Shown here: piece by piece, positions 59,999 to 64,000 of the stretch | Position numbering within the stretch: the first letter of the stretch is position 1 | How the letters are laid out: every line of letters begins with the position of its first letter | Assembly (NCBI GenBank): GCA_964016885.1 | Contig: OZ024759.1 | Location: 4,836,001-4,900,000, forward strand | DNA length: 64,000 bases | Source: Eledone cirrhosa | Taxonomy: Eukaryota | Direction of reading: 5' to 3' | Made by a program: the position numbers and the translations under genes | The notes under the pieces: model-generated | Databases searched by the model: none | What the model saw: the letters and a program-made list of their open reading frames with translations, nothing else | What the model was told of the DNA's origin: nothing

Positions 59999-62520
59999 TA
60001 ACACACGACCCACCTGTCGCTGCACGACCTAGAAGGCTACCACCAGACCGGCTGAAGTCCGTCAAACAAGAATTTCAGCACATGCTGGATCTCGGCATCA
60101 TACGTCTGTCCTCACCCATACACTGTGTACCCAAGAAGTCGTCGAACGACTGGCGAATCTGTGGCGACTACCGTGCACTAAACAACTGCACCGTTCCTAA
60201 CTCTTATCCAGTACCTCATCTACAGGACTTCTCTAGCTCGCTGCACGGGGCTCGCATATTTTCGAAGATCGATCTTGTCGAGCTTAACAATCAGATACCC
60301 GTTGAGCCCGCAGATATTCCAAAGACCGCAGTCACAACACCCTTTGGAATGTTCGAATTTCTGCGTATGCCTTTCGGTTTGCGAAATGCAGCGCAAACAT
60401 TCCAGCGATTCATCGATACAGTCACCAGGGGTCTACCTTTTGTATACGCATACATTGACGACTTACTGGTGGCCAGCAGCTCCGACGAAGGACATGAGAA
60501 ACACCTGGATCTCCTATTCACACGTTTGCGTGAATATGGAATTGTTATCAACCCCAGCAAATGTGAGTTCGGAGTTGCGTCCCTTCATTTTCTGGGACAC
60601 ATCATTGACAAAGATGGTATTTGCCCACTTAAGGAGAAAGTCAAATCCATCATTGATTTTCCACAACCTATATCTCTCCGCAAACTGCGAGAATTTCTTG
60701 GCCTGGTAAACTTCTACAGAAGATTTATACCCCACTGTGCAGAGACAGCCCAACCACTCACAGATTTGCTGCGGCAGCGTACAATCAAAAACGCAAACAT
60801 CAAGCTTCGCTGAGTTGAAGAAAATGTTGTCCGAGGCTACAATGCTGAGTTACCCCAAACCTGACGCCCCAATGTGTTTATTGACTGATGCATCCGATTT
60901 CGGAGTTGGAGGTGTGCTTCAACAACTCTCTGGCGATATTTGGCGACCTGTATCTTTTTTCTCTAAGCGATTAAAACCCGCCGAAACTAAGTACAGCACA
61001 TTCAGTCGTGAATTATTGGCAGCATACCTTGCTGTCAAGAATTTTCGACACATGCTAGAAGGTCGTGTGTTCTCTATATACACCGACCACAAACCACTAG
61101 TGTACGCGTTCAATGCCAAGCCTGACCGACACTCACCCAGGGAGGTCCGACATCTGGACTTCATTTCTCAGTACACTACTGATATTCGGTACATTAAGGG
61201 TGCCACCAACTCAGCAGCTGATGCCCTATCGCGCATGGAGCTTAAGGCAATCCACACCACTGCCACTATCGACCTCCAGAAGATTGCAGCGGATCAACAG
61301 AATGACGAGGAACTGCTGCAACTCCGGAAATCATCCTTGAAATTGAAGGAATGCCTGCTGCCCTCTTCTTCGGGTTATATTTGGTGTGACATCTCCACAG
61401 GCCGCGAGCGCCCATACGTGCCCCGGAAACATCGACGCGACGTTTTCTCGACACAGCATTCTCTGGCACATCCTGGCGTCTGCGCCACGCAGAAACTGAT
61501 GGTTGCCCGCTTTGTGTGGCCCAACATCAACAAGGACACCCGCGAATGGGCTAGGAACTGCATCGCGTGCCAGAAGGCGAAAATTCACCGGCACATCAAA
61601 GCCCCGATCGCTTCTTTCGCAACACCTGATGCACGGTTCCAACATGTGCATATAGACATAGTTGGACCTTTGCCTCCTTCTCAAAACTACACTCATCTTC
61701 TCACCTGTGTCGACCGATTTTCTCGCTGGCCAGAAGCTTTTCCCCTGATGGATATTACTGCGGAAACTGTTGCCAAAACGTTAGTGTTTCACTGGGTTTC
61801 GCGTTTCGGCACACCCGTGACCATCACTACGGATAGAGGACGTCAGTTCGATTCGAACCTATTTACCGAGCTGCCTCGTCTCCTCGGGTGCAAACACATC
61901 CATACAACAGCGTATCACCCTGCCGCTAACGGCATGGTAGAACGCTTACACCGCCAGCTAAAATCATCTATCAAGGCTTACGAAGACTCCACTAACTAGT
62001 TCGAATACCTCCCACTCATTCTTCTTGGTATTTGTTCCACTGTTAAAGAGGGAGTCGGACATTCTCCGGCTGAAATCGTGTATGGCACCGTACTCACTCT
62101 ACCCGGACAAATGATCACTCCTGTTTCGCCACAAGAACTTCCAGACCCTACAAAATATGTGCACCGTTTACGGTCATCAATGTCGCATCTGTCTCCTTCA
62201 GCCCCTAAACAACAGCACGTTACTTCACACATACCAAAAGACATCGATACATGTTTTCGTTAGAAATGACGATATTCCATCGCAACTTCGTCCACCGTAT
62301 TCCGTCCGGGCCCTACAAGGTGATACAGAAATGCCCTAAGTATTTCGTCCTCGACTTGAACGGGAAGCGAAATACCGTCTCCATTGATCGTTTAAAAAAA
62401 GCGTTCATAGAACAGGAATTGCCACCAGTACCCACCGTTTCTCCAGACTCACCAACAACTTTGCCCGACACAAACACGGCAAATATTGCACACCAAATCC
62501 GGAAGAACAGTCCGATGGCC
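59995..62520 (+). pseudogene. pol: Gypsy pol remnant (RT, RNase H, H2C2 zinc finger, DDE integrase)
   Basis: [35 protein letters not shown]; TDASD, RELLA, YTDHKPL, ADALSR; HPG..CIACQ; [22 protein letters not shown]; frameshift near 60810, stop at 61997-61999. Confidence 0.93.
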
Positions 62521-63725
62521 CACGCCATGGGATACGTACAAGTTTATCGGGTAAGTACAAATTATGCATCTGGTCGACATTTCGGCTAATTTGTACATTT
62601 CAACGAATCGGCCAATTTCTGTGGTCATGAACTACACACAAATCAATTAACTCTGTGCATCACCCACATCAAAAGAACAGACAAAAGAACATTTTTCTGT
62701 TTCTATGAAATGAACAAACTTTTAATCAACAAACTTTTCGTACGAACATTTTCAATATTATGTAACATCACAGTACATTTTCCTGAATGTAAATTTCTTT
62801 TGCTTTGCATGTTTTCTTCCATGTCTCCTGTTTGTAAATGACTTTCATGTGTTTTTTTATTTTTACTGATTTTCTTCAACAACACACCTAGTCATACCTA
62901 TCTTCATTTCACATGCACCTAGATCGTTCAATCTTAACTTGTTTACGCTCAAGAGACTAACCCCTTGGGAGAGGCTAAACGCAGGTCAGAGGTGTTTACG
63001 CCTGACAGAAAATAGGTCAGAGGATATATCCATCTTTATGACTTGTTTACGCTTGGCAAACTAATCCTTGGGAGACTAACCAAAGTTTAGAGGATATATC
63101 TATCCTTCTAAATTCTACTCTTATAAAGACAGGGATTGTTTACGCCAAAAACAGAAAACAAGTGGGATACAGACAAGACAAGACGTTTTACAAGCTCTCG
63201 TCACGAAAAACCAGTCTATCACTTATTCTCACCTTCCTGGCTGATCGCTGACTCCTGCAATACAAATAAGTAAATATACTGATACGCCGCACACACGCAT
63301 TCATAGTGAGTCCAGCATTTGTACACGTATCATTCATTTCTGTTTACACGTATTATAATCGTATTCTGTGATATTTGAATTTACGTGGCTCGAAGAGCCA
63401 CCAAATTATTGTATGAATATTTTGTGTCAATTATTTTATCATTCAATATTCAAATTGAATATTGTTGTAATAAAATAAACTTTGTAACAACACTCCTGGT
63501 ATTTTTCTTTACACCGAAACCACCATACCAACAGTTACATCCATCCATCCACTTGTCGTTACAACCACACATAATATTCCGTTACACCTCCGTCTATATT
63601 TCAACCACTGGAACAACCTCACACAAGAAACAGTTGTCGCACCCTCAGTCAACATTTTAATGTCAAACATCGAAATAAATGTTATGAGTGTATATAGATA
63701 GATGTATATTGTGTGTGTATATATA

Positions 63726-64000
63726 CAGTAATCCCCCGTTACATGGCGGATATTTCTTTGGAACGTATCTAATTTCCTATCGCGGTAATCCTCGCCACAT
63801 CGCGGATTATTCGTTAGAACATATCTATTTTCTTATCGCGGTACGTCTGAGTAAAAAGTGTTTAAAATTTAAACTTATTAAATAAGTTTCGATGTTATTA
63901 AAGAGTATATCGTAAGGAAGGGACATCTTAAGGCTTTAATTATGAACAAATTTTTATATTTTCATTCCATTATTGTTTTACTGATTGTTTTGCTCTAATC
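63726..64000 (+). mobile_element. Probable Tigger/pogo-like DNA element left end
   Basis: TA-CAGTAATCCCCCGTTACATGGCGG terminus with a sub-repeat CGGTAATCCTCGCCACATCGCGG. Confidence 0.45.

Larger units (their letters stand above)
59474..63586 (+). mobile_element. Ty3/Gypsy LTR retrotransposon, internally deleted
   Basis: LTR-like direct repeats 59474-59814 and 62935-63586, both ending TTCCGTTACA; PBS; gag stub; RT-RNaseH-integrase order. Confidence 0.93.

Overview
Repeat-rich, AT-rich animal genomic DNA, not prokaryotic. The SINE and RTE families suggest an octopus or other cephalopod (inference). Most ORFs in the supplied track are repeat artefacts or transposon fragments. The main feature is one large intron-rich gene on the minus strand (about 54061 to 2513, both ends outside the window) built from phase 1-1 exons. 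Its order is a Cys-containing exon, one EGF-like exon, a two-exon F-type lectin (FTP/fucolectin-like) domain, then a tandem array of 13 eight-Cys EGF-like exon copies, mostly 138 nt and recently duplicated. Three copies are frameshifted, one has lost its AG acceptor, and half-exon debris lies between them. The introns hold long minisatellites traceable to an exon, a CR1 LINE, a hAT transposon and a TTAA-MITE. They also hold RTE LINEs (one carrying a solo LTR), many tRNA-SINEs and palindromes. Upstream of the first visible exon are a second RTE copy, a Penelope-like remnant with hammerhead-ribozyme-like folds (U3-A8 core variant) and an internally deleted Gypsy LTR element.
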